A stretch of DNA of 64,000 nucleotides, taken from positions 1-64,000 of IMG/VR virus record IMGVR_UViG_3300034155_000027. One strand, written 5' to 3'. The translations under genes and the position numbers were made by a program. Origin of the DNA: a virus (taxonomy: Duplodnaviria > Caudoviricetes). Under the pieces are notes generated by a model, which was not told the DNA's origin, did not search any database, and was given only the letters and a program-made list of their open reading frames with translations. Below are positions 1 through 10,441 of the stretch, in pieces. How positions within the stretch are numbered: the stretch's first letter is position 1; each line of letters starts with the position of its first letter.

Positions 1-456
1 ATCTTGATTTGCGAACATTGGCTTTCCTTGATCTGGAACAAACCCTTCTGCAACCATCAATCCTAAAAACTCAGACAACTCTTCTGTAATACACGTCCAT
101 TCAGGAAGATCTTTGGGTAATAAACCTAATAACAAACAATCTCCAGCTTTAATTGCATCAGCTCTTAATTCTGAATTATCTGCTTTAATCATTGTATGGT
201 GAGAAGTACAATTTACAACACCAGCCCGACCCTCCACATAAAGCATATTATGATCCTTGCTTGTGTTTTTACGCCAAGTTGCTGTAATTAAGTTTATTGC
301 AGTCCATTTAGATCCGTCCCAAATTTCAAGACCTTGACGCATTTTAAATGTTTGAGATGATTTTCCCTTTCTTAATAATGGAATTAATGATGAAGGAGTA
401 CATATCTCAACAATTCCATTATCCCTAATTATAACCGGAGATTTATCACTAATACA
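1..456 (-). mobile_element. Intein with LAGLIDADG homing endonuclease (N-terminal part) inside gmd
   Basis: After FNHE, where Gmd normally continues SP, the frame reads [12 protein letters not shown] (block A, Cys1 at 454-456), then [10 protein letters not shown] (block B TxxH), ADAIKAGD and [13 protein letters not shown] (LAGLIDADG-like). Confidence 0.88.
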
Positions 457-1011
457 TTCGTGATTAAACAAAATTCCATTCGCTGTAAACATATTATAAG
501 ATTCTCTATAATTTTGAGTTATATAATATGCATATACTTTTGCAACTGCATATGGACTTCTTGGATGAAATGGTGTAGTTTCTGTTTGTGGTGTTTCATG
601 AACTTTACCATACATTTCACTAGAAGATGCTTGATAAAACTTAGCATCTGGCTTTATTCTACGAAGAGCCTCAAGTAATCTAATTGTACCAAGTGCAACA
701 ATTTCTCCAGTATATTCAGGAATATCAAAACTAACACGAACATGGCTCTGTGCCGCTAAATTATATACCTCATCCGGACGCACTTGTTCAATTACACTCG
801 CTAATGATGAAGAATCATTCATATCTGCATATATTAATTTTAATGAGACATCTGATTCGTGAGAGTCTTTATATAAATGATTTATGCGCTCAGTATTAAA
901 AGAAGATGAACGACGAATTGTCCCCCATACCTCATAACCCTTATTAAGAAGAAGCTCAGTTAAATAAGATCCGTCTTGTCCTGTAATACCTGTAATAAGT
1001 GCTTTTTTCAT
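1..1011 (-). CDS. gmd: GDP-mannose 4,6-dehydratase (runs off the window edge), interrupted by an intein from codon 186
   Basis: Not in the ORF track; translated by hand. ATG at 1011 with GAGG upstream; [22 protein letters not shown]...[13 protein letters not shown]...[10 protein letters not shown]...PRSPYAVAK...GILFNHE are canonical Gmd motifs. The frame is open to base 1. Confidence 0.95.
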   Translation of the reverse strand, partial: MKKALITGITGQDGSYLTELLLNKGYEVWGTIRRSSSFNTERINHLYKDSHESDVSLKLIYADMNDSSSLASVIEQVRPDEVYNLAAQSHVRVSFDIPEYTGEIVALGTIRLLEALRRIKPDAKFYQASSSEMYGKVHETPQTETTPFHPRSPYAVAKVYAYYITQNYRESYNMFTANGILFNHECISDKSPVIIRDNGIVEICTPSSLIPLLRKGKSSQTFKMRQGLEIWDGSKWTAINLITATWRKNTSKDHNMLYVEGRAGVVNCTSHHTMIKADNSELRADAIKAGDCLLLGLLPKDLPEWTCITEELSEFLGLMVAEGFVPDQGKPMFANQD

Positions 1012-1076
1012 ACTTGTGAAACCTCTTCTAATATTTTAATTTTATAAGCAAATAATCCAAAACTATATTTATTTTA

Positions 1077-2186
1077 TCAATTCTCAATATTAGAGAATTT
1101 ATTTACCGCTGAAATAACAATTTCCTGATCTTTAATAGTTAGTTCTGGATAACTAGGAATCATAATAATTGTTCTTGAAATCTCTTCGCCATTAATATCA
1201 TGACAAAAATGCACTTTATGATTTGATACTAAATGAGAATGATAATTCATTGGATAAAACATTGGCCTTATATCTACTCCTCGACTATTAAAAAATTCTC
1301 TTTTTTTATTAAAATCATATTTTGTTTTAGGAAATCTAATTGCAAACATCCATTTTGAATGTGTGTTATTATCATTTATAAATTGTAATTCTATATTTTC
1401 ATTATTTTTAAAAGCATTAATATATCTTTCCCAAATAATATTCTTTTTTTCTAAAATTTCATTAATATAATCTAGCTGACCCCTTAATATAGCAGCTTGA
1501 ATATTTGTCATTCTATAATTATATCCTAATTTATCATGTATATAATTTTGTTTTGTTTGACCTTGACCACGTAAATCTTTTAAATAATCAGCAAGATCAT
1601 TATCATCAGTAACTACAGCCCCACCCTCTCCAGATGTAATTGTTTTATTTCCAAAAAATGAAAGTGATGATACCAATCCTTCAGTCGATACCGATTTTCC
1701 AGTTTCGTGTTTTCCAAATAAAGCCTCACAAGCATCTTCTACTACTGGACAATTTGTTGTCTTTAAATCTTTAATAGAAATAGGATTACCAATATTATGA
1801 ACTGCTAAAATAGCTGCATTATCCATATTGTTGGCTATTTTTTTTACTTGTTCAATATCAAAATTCCAAGTTTTTGAACAAGTTTCAACTTGGAAAATAT
1901 CAAAATCTTTATCAAAAAGAAACGAATTCCAAGCTGCAACATAAACAATATTTGGAGCAATTATATTTTTAATTAAAGGAAATCTATATTTTAAACCTTT
2001 AGCTACTAAGTGTGCAGCCATAGTTCCATTACTTACTAATAAAACATTTTTAGTACCAAGAATTTTACATAACAATTCTTCAACCTCAACATTATATTTA
2101 TGCGTTGTCAGCCAACCTTCATCTAACGCTTCTAATGCATATTTTTTAGATTCTTTTGGTAAAAATGGTTTGTAAATTGGGATCAT
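1077..2186 (-). CDS. DegT/DnrJ/EryC1/StrS PLP aminotransferase, GDP-perosamine synthase-like
   Basis: SNGTMAAH, VVEDACEA, SFFGNKTITSGEGG (PLP lysine), GYNYRMTNIQAA; adjacent to gmd as in perosamine pathways. Confidence 0.88.
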   Translation of the reverse strand: MIPIYKPFLPKESKKYALEALDEGWLTTHKYNVEVEELLCKILGTKNVLLVSNGTMAAHLVAKGLKYRFPLIKNIIAPNIVYVAAWNSFLFDKDFDIFQVETCSKTWNFDIEQVKKIANNMDNAAILAVHNIGNPISIKDLKTTNCPVVEDACEALFGKHETGKSVSTEGLVSSLSFFGNKTITSGEGGAVVTDDNDLADYLKDLRGQGQTKQNYIHDKLGYNYRMTNIQAAILRGQLDYINEILEKKNIIWERYINAFKNNENIELQFINDNNTHSKWMFAIRFPKTKYDFNKKREFFNSRGVDIRPMFYPMNYHSHLVSNHKVHFCHDINGEEISRTIIMIPSYPELTIKDQEIVISAVNKFSNIEN

Positions 2187-3061
2187 AAATTCCTAAAAAT
2201 ATTGTCTGAAATTAATTTGTATACTGTGTTTTCTTCAAATTCATTGAAAAACAATATATTTGCTTTTGGCTTATCTGTAAAACTATATGTCCAAGTTGTA
2301 TCAAGGTGTGTAAATGCAATAAATTTCTTCGGATTGTCAAAATAATTTTCCCGTGTAATAGCAAAAGTATATGTACCAGAATATCTGCCAACAATTATAG
2401 AACAATTTGAAGCCAAATAAGAATTTTCATTTAAATCATTTTCATCTTTTTGGATAATATTTTTAGTCAAAAATATATTTTCTCTATTGTTTATTCCGGT
2501 TTCTTTATTTGATATTAAAAAATCTATATCTTTATATTGCTCTGATAATTTATTTATAATAGAAAACATTGAAAAATTATTACACTGTCCAGAAAGCACT
2601 GGACCATTTGAAATAAATATTCTTTTCCTATTGTTTTTATTCAACCAATTTTTAGCATTTTCAATTTGAAACTTTTCATAATTAATACTGGGAAATAAAG
2701 ACAATCTATCTATAGAGCCCAAATCAATATCTAATAATTTACACACCTCTTTAAAAGATAAATATAAAGTATCAAAAGACACACTATATTTTAAAAATAT
2801 ATCTCTGTTTCCAGAATACCAAGTATTGATAAATAATGTATTATCTCTAATAAAACTTGGAGTGTTTTGATTTAATGAATATTTATGTTTAGTAAATAAA
2901 ATATTTGGTATATCGTTTAATAATTTTGAATAACCCTTAAAATAATATTCGCAAGAAATATTTCTTTGGTAACAAATATTTGAAATTTCTCTAATAAACC
3001 CTCTACTTACATGTATATCACCGTAATGTAAAAAATTAAAAAATATTACTTTTTTAATCAT
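2183..3061 (-). CDS. Putative GT-B fold glycosyltransferase (GT9-like), paralog of 3058..3927
   Basis: HYGDIH near the N-terminus, C-terminal LASNCSIIVGRYSG; glycan-cluster context. Confidence 0.5.
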   Translation of the reverse strand: MIKKVIFFNFLHYGDIHVSRGFIREISNICYQRNISCEYYFKGYSKLLNDIPNILFTKHKYSLNQNTPSFIRDNTLFINTWYSGNRDIFLKYSVSFDTLYLSFKEVCKLLDIDLGSIDRLSLFPSINYEKFQIENAKNWLNKNNRKRIFISNGPVLSGQCNNFSMFSIINKLSEQYKDIDFLISNKETGINNRENIFLTKNIIQKDENDLNENSYLASNCSIIVGRYSGTYTFAITRENYFDNPKKFIAFTHLDTTWTYSFTDKPKANILFFNEFEENTVYKLISDNIFRNL

Positions 3062-3927
3062 ATGCTTTTATCAATTAAAGTGAATACATTATTTTCAATA
3101 GATTCGTTAAAAAATAATATATCTGCCTTTGGTTTATCTGTATAATTATAAGTCCAAACAGCATTTAAATTTGTAAAGGCAATAAATTTCTTTGGATTAT
3201 CAAAATAATTTTCTCTTGTAATTGAATATGTATATGAACCAGAATATCTACCAACAATTACAGAACAATTTGAGGCCAGATAAGAATTTTCATTTAAATC
3301 ATTTCCATCTTTTTGTATGATGTTTTTAGTTAGAAAAATATTTTCTCTATTGTTTATTTCTGGCGTTTCATTAGAAATTAAAAAATCTATATCTTTATGT
3401 TTTTCTGCTAATTTATTAATTATTGGTGCCATAGAAAAATTAACAGCTTGTTCAGAACTTACATCTCCATTAGAGATAAATACCCTTTTTTTATTATGTA
3501 GCCCCAACCATTGTTTAGCGTTTTCTATAGGGAATTTTTCATAATTAATACTTGGAAATAAAGATAAAATATCTAATTTTCTTAAATTAATATCTAACAT
3601 TTGACAAACTGGTTTAAATCCATAAAACAAAGTATCAAAAGATATTTTATATTTATTGTAAGCTTCTTGATTTGCCGCATACCAAGTATTAAAATATAAT
3701 ACGTCATCCCTAATAAAAGAAGGCGTACTATACATAAATTCAGTTTCTTTTTCTCTTACAAATTTTACATTTTCTATATCGTCTAAAATTCCTGGAAGAC
3801 ACTCAAAATAATATTCACAGGGAATTCCTCTTTCTATACAGATTTTAGAAATTTCTTTTACAAAATTCCTACTCACATGTAAATCACCATTGTGAAAAAA
3901 ATTAAAAAATACAACTTTCTTGACCAT
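3058..3927 (-). CDS. Putative GT-B fold glycosyltransferase (GT9-like), paralog of 2183..3061
   Basis: HNGDLH and LASNCSVIVGRYSG; long blocks identical or near-identical to the neighbour (LSLFPSINYEKF, INNRENIFLTKNIIQKD). Confidence 0.5.
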   Translation of the reverse strand: MVKKVVFFNFFHNGDLHVSRNFVKEISKICIERGIPCEYYFECLPGILDDIENVKFVREKETEFMYSTPSFIRDDVLYFNTWYAANQEAYNKYKISFDTLFYGFKPVCQMLDINLRKLDILSLFPSINYEKFPIENAKQWLGLHNKKRVFISNGDVSSEQAVNFSMAPIINKLAEKHKDIDFLISNETPEINNRENIFLTKNIIQKDGNDLNENSYLASNCSVIVGRYSGSYTYSITRENYFDNPKKFIAFTNLNAVWTYNYTDKPKADILFFNESIENNVFTLIDKSI

Positions 3928-3930
3928 AAT

Positions 3931-4899
3931 TTAAATCCTTTTTAGAAACTCTTTTACTCGACAATAATAAGTATGTTCTGCTAAAACTTTATTTGCACCA
4001 GATTGTCCAATATAATTTGCTAAATCTGGATTATTTTTCAGCATACTAACAATATCAGGTATATCATTTACAGAATCAGCAATTATCAAATCACACATAT
4101 TAGTAAAATATGATTCCCATTTTGGAAATTTTAAAGATATTGTTGGCCTACCAGATGCCATACACATTAATAATCTATCAGAAAAATAATGATCTAAATT
4201 ATTATAATGACTTACACTAATACAACAAACTGAATTTTGATAAGTGTTTGTTACAATTCTTTGATCTACAGATCCTATTGCTCCAAATTTTTTTGGCCAA
4301 TTACATCCAGTTAATAAAAACCTACCACCAAATTTATTTCTCAACAATTGACACGCTTGCTCTCGTTCAATTGTTCCAGGATATTTTTCTTTACCATTAT
4401 AATGCCCAACAAATACAGCATCATATTTAGGATTTATTATTTCTGTATTTGGTGTATATAATTTAGGATTATATCCAATTTGCCAATATTTAATATCTTT
4501 ATTTATTTCTGATTTAAACATTGATAATTGACCAGTAGATGATATAAAATTATAATCAGCTACTTCTGCAATTTTTTTATAAGTAATAGGAACATAATTC
4601 CTAACATCTCCAGTCCAATTTGTAATAATTACTTTAGGTAAAATTTCTTTTATTTTCAATATAGTATCTGCATCAATTATTGGAGTATGTTGAATCTGTA
4701 AATGAATTATATCTGGTTTAAATTCTTTTGAATTATTAATTAACGCTTCTCTAACAGTTTTGTGATTTTTACAATGTAAATATTTATCCATATAGTCAAA
4801 TACTTGAACTGTACAACCACACTCTTGAAAAGCATCTACTACCCCGTCTTGGATTATATTTCCAAAATTTAATGGAGCAAATAATATTTTTATACTCAT
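3931..4899 (-). CDS. CgeB-like (Glyco_trans_1_2) glycosyltransferase
   Basis: NWTGDVR, YDAVFVG, YFSDRLLMCMASG, IGQSGANKVLAEHTY. Confidence 0.75.
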   Translation of the reverse strand: MSIKILFAPLNFGNIIQDGVVDAFQECGCTVQVFDYMDKYLHCKNHKTVREALINNSKEFKPDIIHLQIQHTPIIDADTILKIKEILPKVIITNWTGDVRNYVPITYKKIAEVADYNFISSTGQLSMFKSEINKDIKYWQIGYNPKLYTPNTEIINPKYDAVFVGHYNGKEKYPGTIEREQACQLLRNKFGGRFLLTGCNWPKKFGAIGSVDQRIVTNTYQNSVCCISVSHYNNLDHYFSDRLLMCMASGRPTISLKFPKWESYFTNMCDLIIADSVNDIPDIVSMLKNNPDLANYIGQSGANKVLAEHTYYCRVKEFLKRI

Positions 4900-5633
4900 A
4901 AAGTAATCCAGTTTGGTAAAATAAGGTCAGTAGTAGGGTGTGTTTCGGATAATTTTATACCAAACCAATGTTTAGGAGCAACCACTACTTTATTTTCGTT
5001 AATACTTAACCAAGCAGCCCACCATGAAAATGAACTATTTGCAATAATAAAATGACTACATAATCTTATACAATTAAAATCAACAGAAGGAGACGCTGAA
5101 TCACTGACAATACATTTTTTGTCTTTGAAATTCTCTTTGCACCATTCAATATCATCAGAAAAAATTAAAAACCTTTCACAAGGAATACACTCCATAGCAT
5201 TTTTATAATATTCCATTGTTTGAGTTGGATGATAATCAGCAAATTTTAAATAATCACCTCGTCTAACATGAATAGCACAAATTCCTTCAAACATTTCAGA
5301 ATATTCCGGTTCTCTTGGGGTAAATATTTCACGAATATAATCTTGACAATGTTCCCAATATTTCCAACTTTGAAAATACCCACTTATATTTTGATTTGGT
5401 TTAAAAGGAATATCCCTATATAAAAAATTAGGCTCATTATAAGTTGAGTTATATTTTATAGCTTGTTTAGGAATAAAAAAATCATTAGAAATTATAAAAT
5501 CATTTTGATGCTGCCACTTAGGAAAAACAAAGGGTACATTATATTTTTTAGCATACCCAACTGTAGCTGCTAATTGAAACATAGCATTGCCCAATCTTCC
5601 CTTTCCTCCTAATTCTATAAAGGTAGCTGTCAT
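4896..5633 (-). CDS. GT11 alpha-1,2-fucosyltransferase family protein
   Basis: GRLGNAMFQ, GYFQS, HVRRGDY, FSDDIEWC, IIANSSFSWWAAWL. Confidence 0.93.
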   Translation of the reverse strand: MTATFIELGGKGRLGNAMFQLAATVGYAKKYNVPFVFPKWQHQNDFIISNDFFIPKQAIKYNSTYNEPNFLYRDIPFKPNQNISGYFQSWKYWEHCQDYIREIFTPREPEYSEMFEGICAIHVRRGDYLKFADYHPTQTMEYYKNAMECIPCERFLIFSDDIEWCKENFKDKKCIVSDSASPSVDFNCIRLCSHFIIANSSFSWWAAWLSINENKVVVAPKHWFGIKLSETHPTTDLILPNWITL

Positions 5634-5639
5634 TTTAAT

Positions 5640-6386
5640 TTAAATATCCTTTAATATGCATTGATATGGTGATATTGCTCGTATTTTTCTTTCCATTTCT
5701 TGTTGTAAATTAATATTTATTTTAAAATCATTAATAGGAGAACTGCAATTATAAATATATAAAATATCTGGTATAAATGATTGTTTATAACCAGCCATTT
5801 CCAACATGGGAAACATAGCGGCTAAATCAGCCGTCATTTCCAAAAACTTATTATTATGCATTAAGTCTTCTTTTTTAATTTTTTTAAACAACCAAGCATA
5901 ATAAGTTCTTAAATGAGAAGAGCACCATCTAAATTTTCTAAAAGAATTTGTCTTTATAACATTTTCTGGAATTTGTCTAGAGCAACCCAATCCTCCATCT
6001 GGAAAGGATTGATATTGACCATATGTCATCCAAACACCTTTACTATATTCTTTATTTAATCTTTCTAAAACCTTAGAATGTGGAAGCCAATCATCTCCAT
6101 CTAATAATACAATTATTTCATTATCTTCACAACTATGAACCATATTATAAGTATTTTCCATAGTTTTAAGACGTTCTTTATTTGTTACCAAAGAAATCTT
6201 TTTATTTTTATCAAACTTAGTTATTATATCCTTAACTTCTTCTGAAGTTCCATCAGAAGAGCAATCATCAGTATAAATTACTCTGAAATTTGAATATTGT
6301 TGATTTAATACCGATAATAGTGTTTTTCTACACCACGGTTTATTATTATAGCTTGGGATTATGATAACAAATCTGTTTTCTTCCAT
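5640..6386 (-). CDS. GT2 family glycosyltransferase
   Basis: IIIPSYNN, DDCSSDGT, LLDGDDW (DxD). Confidence 0.9.
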   Translation of the reverse strand: MEENRFVIIIPSYNNKPWCRKTLLSVLNQQYSNFRVIYTDDCSSDGTSEEVKDIITKFDKNKKISLVTNKERLKTMENTYNMVHSCEDNEIIVLLDGDDWLPHSKVLERLNKEYSKGVWMTYGQYQSFPDGGLGCSRQIPENVIKTNSFRKFRWCSSHLRTYYAWLFKKIKKEDLMHNNKFLEMTADLAAMFPMLEMAGYKQSFIPDILYIYNCSSPINDFKININLQQEMERKIRAISPYQCILKDI

Positions 6387-6410
6387 ACGGATAATAATAT
6401 ATCACATTGT

Positions 6411-7340
6411 ATGGAAAAACAAATAACAATGGTATATGAAGACCATGGGGAACAACAATCTCTTCATTATTCTGGACCGGAAGGAATTGTTTGGATGTCT
6501 AATAAAGCAAACCCATTAATGCCAAATGTTTTTATTAATTGTAATAGTTTTCCAGATTCTGGTCCTGGTCCAAAAGATTGTATATTAATAAATGAACCAA
6601 TTACAGTTGCCCCTGCTCAATATAATGTTGATTATTTAAATAGATTTTATAAAATATTTGCATGTTTTGAAAAAGTATTTCAAAATACAAAAATAAATAA
6701 TAAATTTATTTCAATTAATTGTGGGTGTGATCTTAATGATTATCAACCTGAAAATTTTAAAAATAATTGGTTACCATGGGAAAAAAAGAAAAACGGTATA
6801 ATTATTGTTTCTAGCGGAAAAACATCATCACACCACTCTTCAGTTTATCACCTTCGTTTTGATATTGCTGAATTATTTCACAAAAATGGATTTGAAGTGG
6901 CTTGGTATGGAGGAATGCCAAGAAAATATAAACCTTCATATTTCAAAGGTTATATACCAGACAAATGTGGAGAATTAATAAAATATAGATTTAATATTTG
7001 CCCAGAAAATACATACGACCCAATATATTCTTATAATTATTTAACAGAAAAATTACCACATTCAATTATTAGTGGAACTGTTCCTTTATATTTAGGGTGT
7101 TATAATATAGATCAGCTTGCTCCTAAAAATTCATTTTTTGATTTAAGAAATTATATTGATGAGAGAAAACAGTTAAAAACAAAAGATCTTTTGTCTGCAA
7201 TAAAAGCATATAATAAAAATGATTTTGAAAATTATCAAAAAGCTGCTTTTGAATGGTTAAAAGATCCTAAAGGAATCTTGTATCATATTGATATGAGACA
7301 GTATTATAAAAAAATGTTAATATCAATTTTTGAAGGATAA
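6411..7340 (+). CDS. GT10-like (alpha-1,3-fucosyltransferase family) glycosyltransferase
   Basis: KYRFNICPENT...YLTEKL...GTVPLYLG matches the alpha-1,3-FucT motif. Confidence 0.75.
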   Translation: MEKQITMVYEDHGEQQSLHYSGPEGIVWMSNKANPLMPNVFINCNSFPDSGPGPKDCILINEPITVAPAQYNVDYLNRFYKIFACFEKVFQNTKINNKFISINCGCDLNDYQPENFKNNWLPWEKKKNGIIIVSSGKTSSHHSSVYHLRFDIAELFHKNGFEVAWYGGMPRKYKPSYFKGYIPDKCGELIKYRFNICPENTYDPIYSYNYLTEKLPHSIISGTVPLYLGCYNIDQLAPKNSFFDLRNYIDERKQLKTKDLLSAIKAYNKNDFENYQKAAFEWLKDPKGILYHIDMRQYYKKMLISIFEG

Positions 7341-7342
7341 TA

Positions 7343-8284
7343 GTGTTCACACAAATTAATATAGTTTTAGGTGAAACACAAAAAACTAAAGAAATTGGTT
7401 ATCAAGACAATAATGGTATTGTTTGGATATCTTCTGAAAAAGATAGCTCTATGCAAAATGTTATTACTGAAGACAATACAGATAATCCAAATCCACAAGA
7501 TAGTATTTGGATGTTAGAGCCAATTACAGTTAAGGCCAATGATTACAAAATTTCACACTTGATAAAATATAAAAAAATATTTGGTTGTTTTAGCAGGGCT
7601 TTTGAAAATACAATCGCTTCCAAAAAATTTGTGACAGTAAATTATGGATCTGATTTTTGTTGGAATGTATATAATTCTTCGTTTAAAATAGACAGTGCAG
7701 ATATAATAAAATCACAATGGACTCCATGGGAAGAAAGAAAAAATGGAGTTGTTGTTTTCGCAGGGTGGAAAAACTCTCATCATTATTCCTCAATTTACCA
7801 TCTACGAGAAGAAATTGCAGATACATTTATACAAAACGGATTCGAAGTATCTTGGTATGGTAATGTACCACAACACAAAAAATCATACTTTAAACCATAT
7901 GTGTTAGATAAATTATCAGAAATTAATAAATATAAATTCCACGTTTGTACATCAAATACATACGATCCAATATATTCTTGGAATTATATGACAGAAAAAT
8001 TACCACAAGGAATTTGTGGTGGGGCCGTGCCTTTATATATTGGTTGTTACAATATAGATCAAATAGCTCCTAAAAATTCGTTTTTTGATCTTAGAGAATT
8101 TATTTCTAGTGATAAATATTTAAACAAAAACAAATTCATTGAAAAAATCAAAAAATATTCAAAAGAAGATTTTGAAATATATCAAAATACAGCATATAAT
8201 TGGTTAAAAGATCCAAAAGGACTTACTTATCACATGAGCATTAAACGCATATATAAAAAAATGCTTGAAACATTATCCGAATAA
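7343..8284 (+). CDS. GT10-like glycosyltransferase, tandem paralog of 6411..7340
   Basis: KYKFHVCTSNT...YMTEKL...GAVPLYIG; shares APKNSFFDLR and WLKDPKG with the neighbour. Confidence 0.7.
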   Translation: MFTQINIVLGETQKTKEIGYQDNNGIVWISSEKDSSMQNVITEDNTDNPNPQDSIWMLEPITVKANDYKISHLIKYKKIFGCFSRAFENTIASKKFVTVNYGSDFCWNVYNSSFKIDSADIIKSQWTPWEERKNGVVVFAGWKNSHHYSSIYHLREEIADTFIQNGFEVSWYGNVPQHKKSYFKPYVLDKLSEINKYKFHVCTSNTYDPIYSWNYMTEKLPQGICGGAVPLYIGCYNIDQIAPKNSFFDLREFISSDKYLNKNKFIEKIKKYSKEDFEIYQNTAYNWLKDPKGLTYHMSIKRIYKKMLETLSE

Positions 8285-9640
8285 TATATTAATAAAATCT
8301 TCAAATTTATTATTATTAATATCAACTTCTTTTTTAGAAGAATATTTAATTAATTCTTGTAAATCGTTAGGTTCAGGAACCAAATAATCACCAAGTTTAT
8401 TATGCATGTTTAAAAATAAAATATCAGGATTATCCATATAAGCCCAAGAAGAAGTAATTATTGGAGTCCCTAAACTTAATGATAATTCAACCTCACTAGA
8501 TTGATTATCTTCTACTTTTAATGGTAGAGTTATATAACATTTTGCATTTTTAAATATACCAATATAATTACTATAATTTATATATTCATTTACTGGAATG
8601 ACAAATTCTGGATATTTACCTCTAGCATTTAATAATACTATTTTTTGGTTTAATAATTTAATGCTTTCTATTAAGTAATCTGTAATATCTGGTTTTGTAT
8701 TTTCTAATAATATATAATCTTGTCCAAAATGTTTAATTGATACAGAATTTATACATGGTAATATTTTAGGACTTACAAATATTTTATTTGGATTTATATT
8801 ATTTTTTAATAAAATAGCATTTTGATTTGAAGATACAACAACCAATTCTGCATCATTTAATATTTTAAATTCTTCAGATGAAATATCTTCTGAAAACTCT
8901 TCAATATACATTTTATTTGCTGGAATTAAATCACCAATATGAGAAATGGAAACATTTGCTTTTTCAGATAGTTTTATATTTGGAATAAACGGAGCCACTC
9001 TACAAAACCAACTCATCCCTTTATATGTATTTATATTTATAGTGTTTTCAATAGATAAAGGATTTGATATTTTATATGTTTCTGGTATTAATGATGCGAA
9101 TTTTAATGATTCAATTTTAATAGAGTCTTGATCATTATATAAATCAATATATAATGGTTGTATATATTGATTTGTTATATTATCTTGTAAAACAGGTTTT
9201 TGAATATTAGAAATAACAGTTTGATGTCGTTTTTTAGAACTTTGTAAAACAGATACTTGATTTATGGGTTTTCGCGGTAAAGACTCAGAAGAATCAGTAT
9301 ATAAAGAAATTTCTAAAATAGACAAATCACCACGACTACGTGTGGTTCTATTAATTTGTAATTTGCCATCAATTAAATTATATGCAATGCTCTGACTACT
9401 AGTAGAATATACTTGAAATCCTTTACTATGTTCTCCAGATGATAAAAATACAATTCCATTTCCTGAATTTCTTTTAAATTTAATAATACAAGAATTAGCA
9501 TCTTGATCAAAAGTAAAAGTTATACAACCGCTTTTTGGTTGTAATATACAAGATGATTCATCAAAAAATATATCCTTGGATATAGATATATTATTTTTTA
9601 AATCTGTAGCTTTAATTGTTTTAATTAAATTCGACATCAA
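8273..9640 (-). CDS. Hypothetical protein: beta-rich N-terminal domain plus degenerate GT-B-like C-terminal domain
   Basis: 455 aa ORF; C-terminal EVELSLSLGTPIITS resembles the GT4 EAxxxGxPVI motif. Confidence 0.4.
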   Translation of the reverse strand: MMSNLIKTIKATDLKNNISISKDIFFDESSCILQPKSGCITFTFDQDANSCIIKFKRNSGNGIVFLSSGEHSKGFQVYSTSSQSIAYNLIDGKLQINRTTRSRGDLSILEISLYTDSSESLPRKPINQVSVLQSSKKRHQTVISNIQKPVLQDNITNQYIQPLYIDLYNDQDSIKIESLKFASLIPETYKISNPLSIENTININTYKGMSWFCRVAPFIPNIKLSEKANVSISHIGDLIPANKMYIEEFSEDISSEEFKILNDAELVVVSSNQNAILLKNNINPNKIFVSPKILPCINSVSIKHFGQDYILLENTKPDITDYLIESIKLLNQKIVLLNARGKYPEFVIPVNEYINYSNYIGIFKNAKCYITLPLKVEDNQSSEVELSLSLGTPIITSSWAYMDNPDILFLNMHNKLGDYLVPEPNDLQELIKYSSKKEVDINNNKFEDFINILFG

Positions 9641-9652
9641 TTCCTTTAATAC

Positions 9653-10441
9653 TTAAATAGCACTATCTTTGAATGGAATATAAATTGGCTTTTTATGTTG
9701 CACATATAATGCACAGTTTTTTCTAAAATCTTCTACGCGAGAATCATGTTGTTGAGTTTTAAACTTACGATATTCAGTATTTTCATTTCCATCTTCCCCT
9801 AAATGAATTCCCATTTCTTTAATATATCCTAGCTTAAAACCTGCTACTCTAGCACGCATAAAAACGTCGGAGTCCTCTATGCCGTAATATTTCGAATATT
9901 CTGTATTAAAAAAACCAATCATTTGATGCATCTGTTTTCTAAACGTAGCATTTGCAGTTCCTAAATTTCCAGCTGGTTTATTTTGAAAAGAATAACCGTT
10001 CTTAGAAATAATAGGATATTCTTTTCCCTCCATATTAACACCTATTGCTCCATAATCCTTATTTGCTTTAAGAATATTTATACTTTCTTCCAACCAACCT
10101 TCTGGCATTAATACATCATTATCAATTGTTGTAAACCATATTGCATTTAATTCATCTGCTTTTTTTAATGCTAAATTTCTACCAGTCGCAATCCCTTTAT
10201 TCTCAGAAAGAAGTATTAAATGTATTTCTTGCAATGGTGATTTTTCACAATTTGCACCAGGTTTAAGAGAAGATATTTCTTGTAAATTTTTAAGATATTC
10301 TTGAGTTCCATCACTAGATCCGTTATCTACTATTACCAAAGAAAATGGGTGTTTAGTGCTCTTAAATAATCCTTCCATTGTTTTTTTTGTAAGATCTAGT
10401 CTATCGTATGTAATCATCATTAATACAGTATCAGTTTTCAT
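9653..10441 (-). CDS. GT2 family glycosyltransferase
   Basis: VIVDNGSSDGT, IDNDV, YGIEDSD. Confidence 0.9.
   Translation of the reverse strand: MKTDTVLMMITYDRLDLTKKTMEGLFKSTKHPFSLVIVDNGSSDGTQEYLKNLQEISSLKPGANCEKSPLQEIHLILLSENKGIATGRNLALKKADELNAIWFTTIDNDVLMPEGWLEESINILKANKDYGAIGVNMEGKEYPIISKNGYSFQNKPAGNLGTANATFRKQMHQMIGFFNTEYSKYYGIEDSDVFMRARVAGFKLGYIKEMGIHLGEDGNENTEYRKFKTQQHDSRVEDFRKNCALYVQHKKPIYIPFKDSAI

Noticed and set aside
460-678. 72 aa plus-strand ORF in the track
   Set aside because: Antisense shadow of the real gmd gene.
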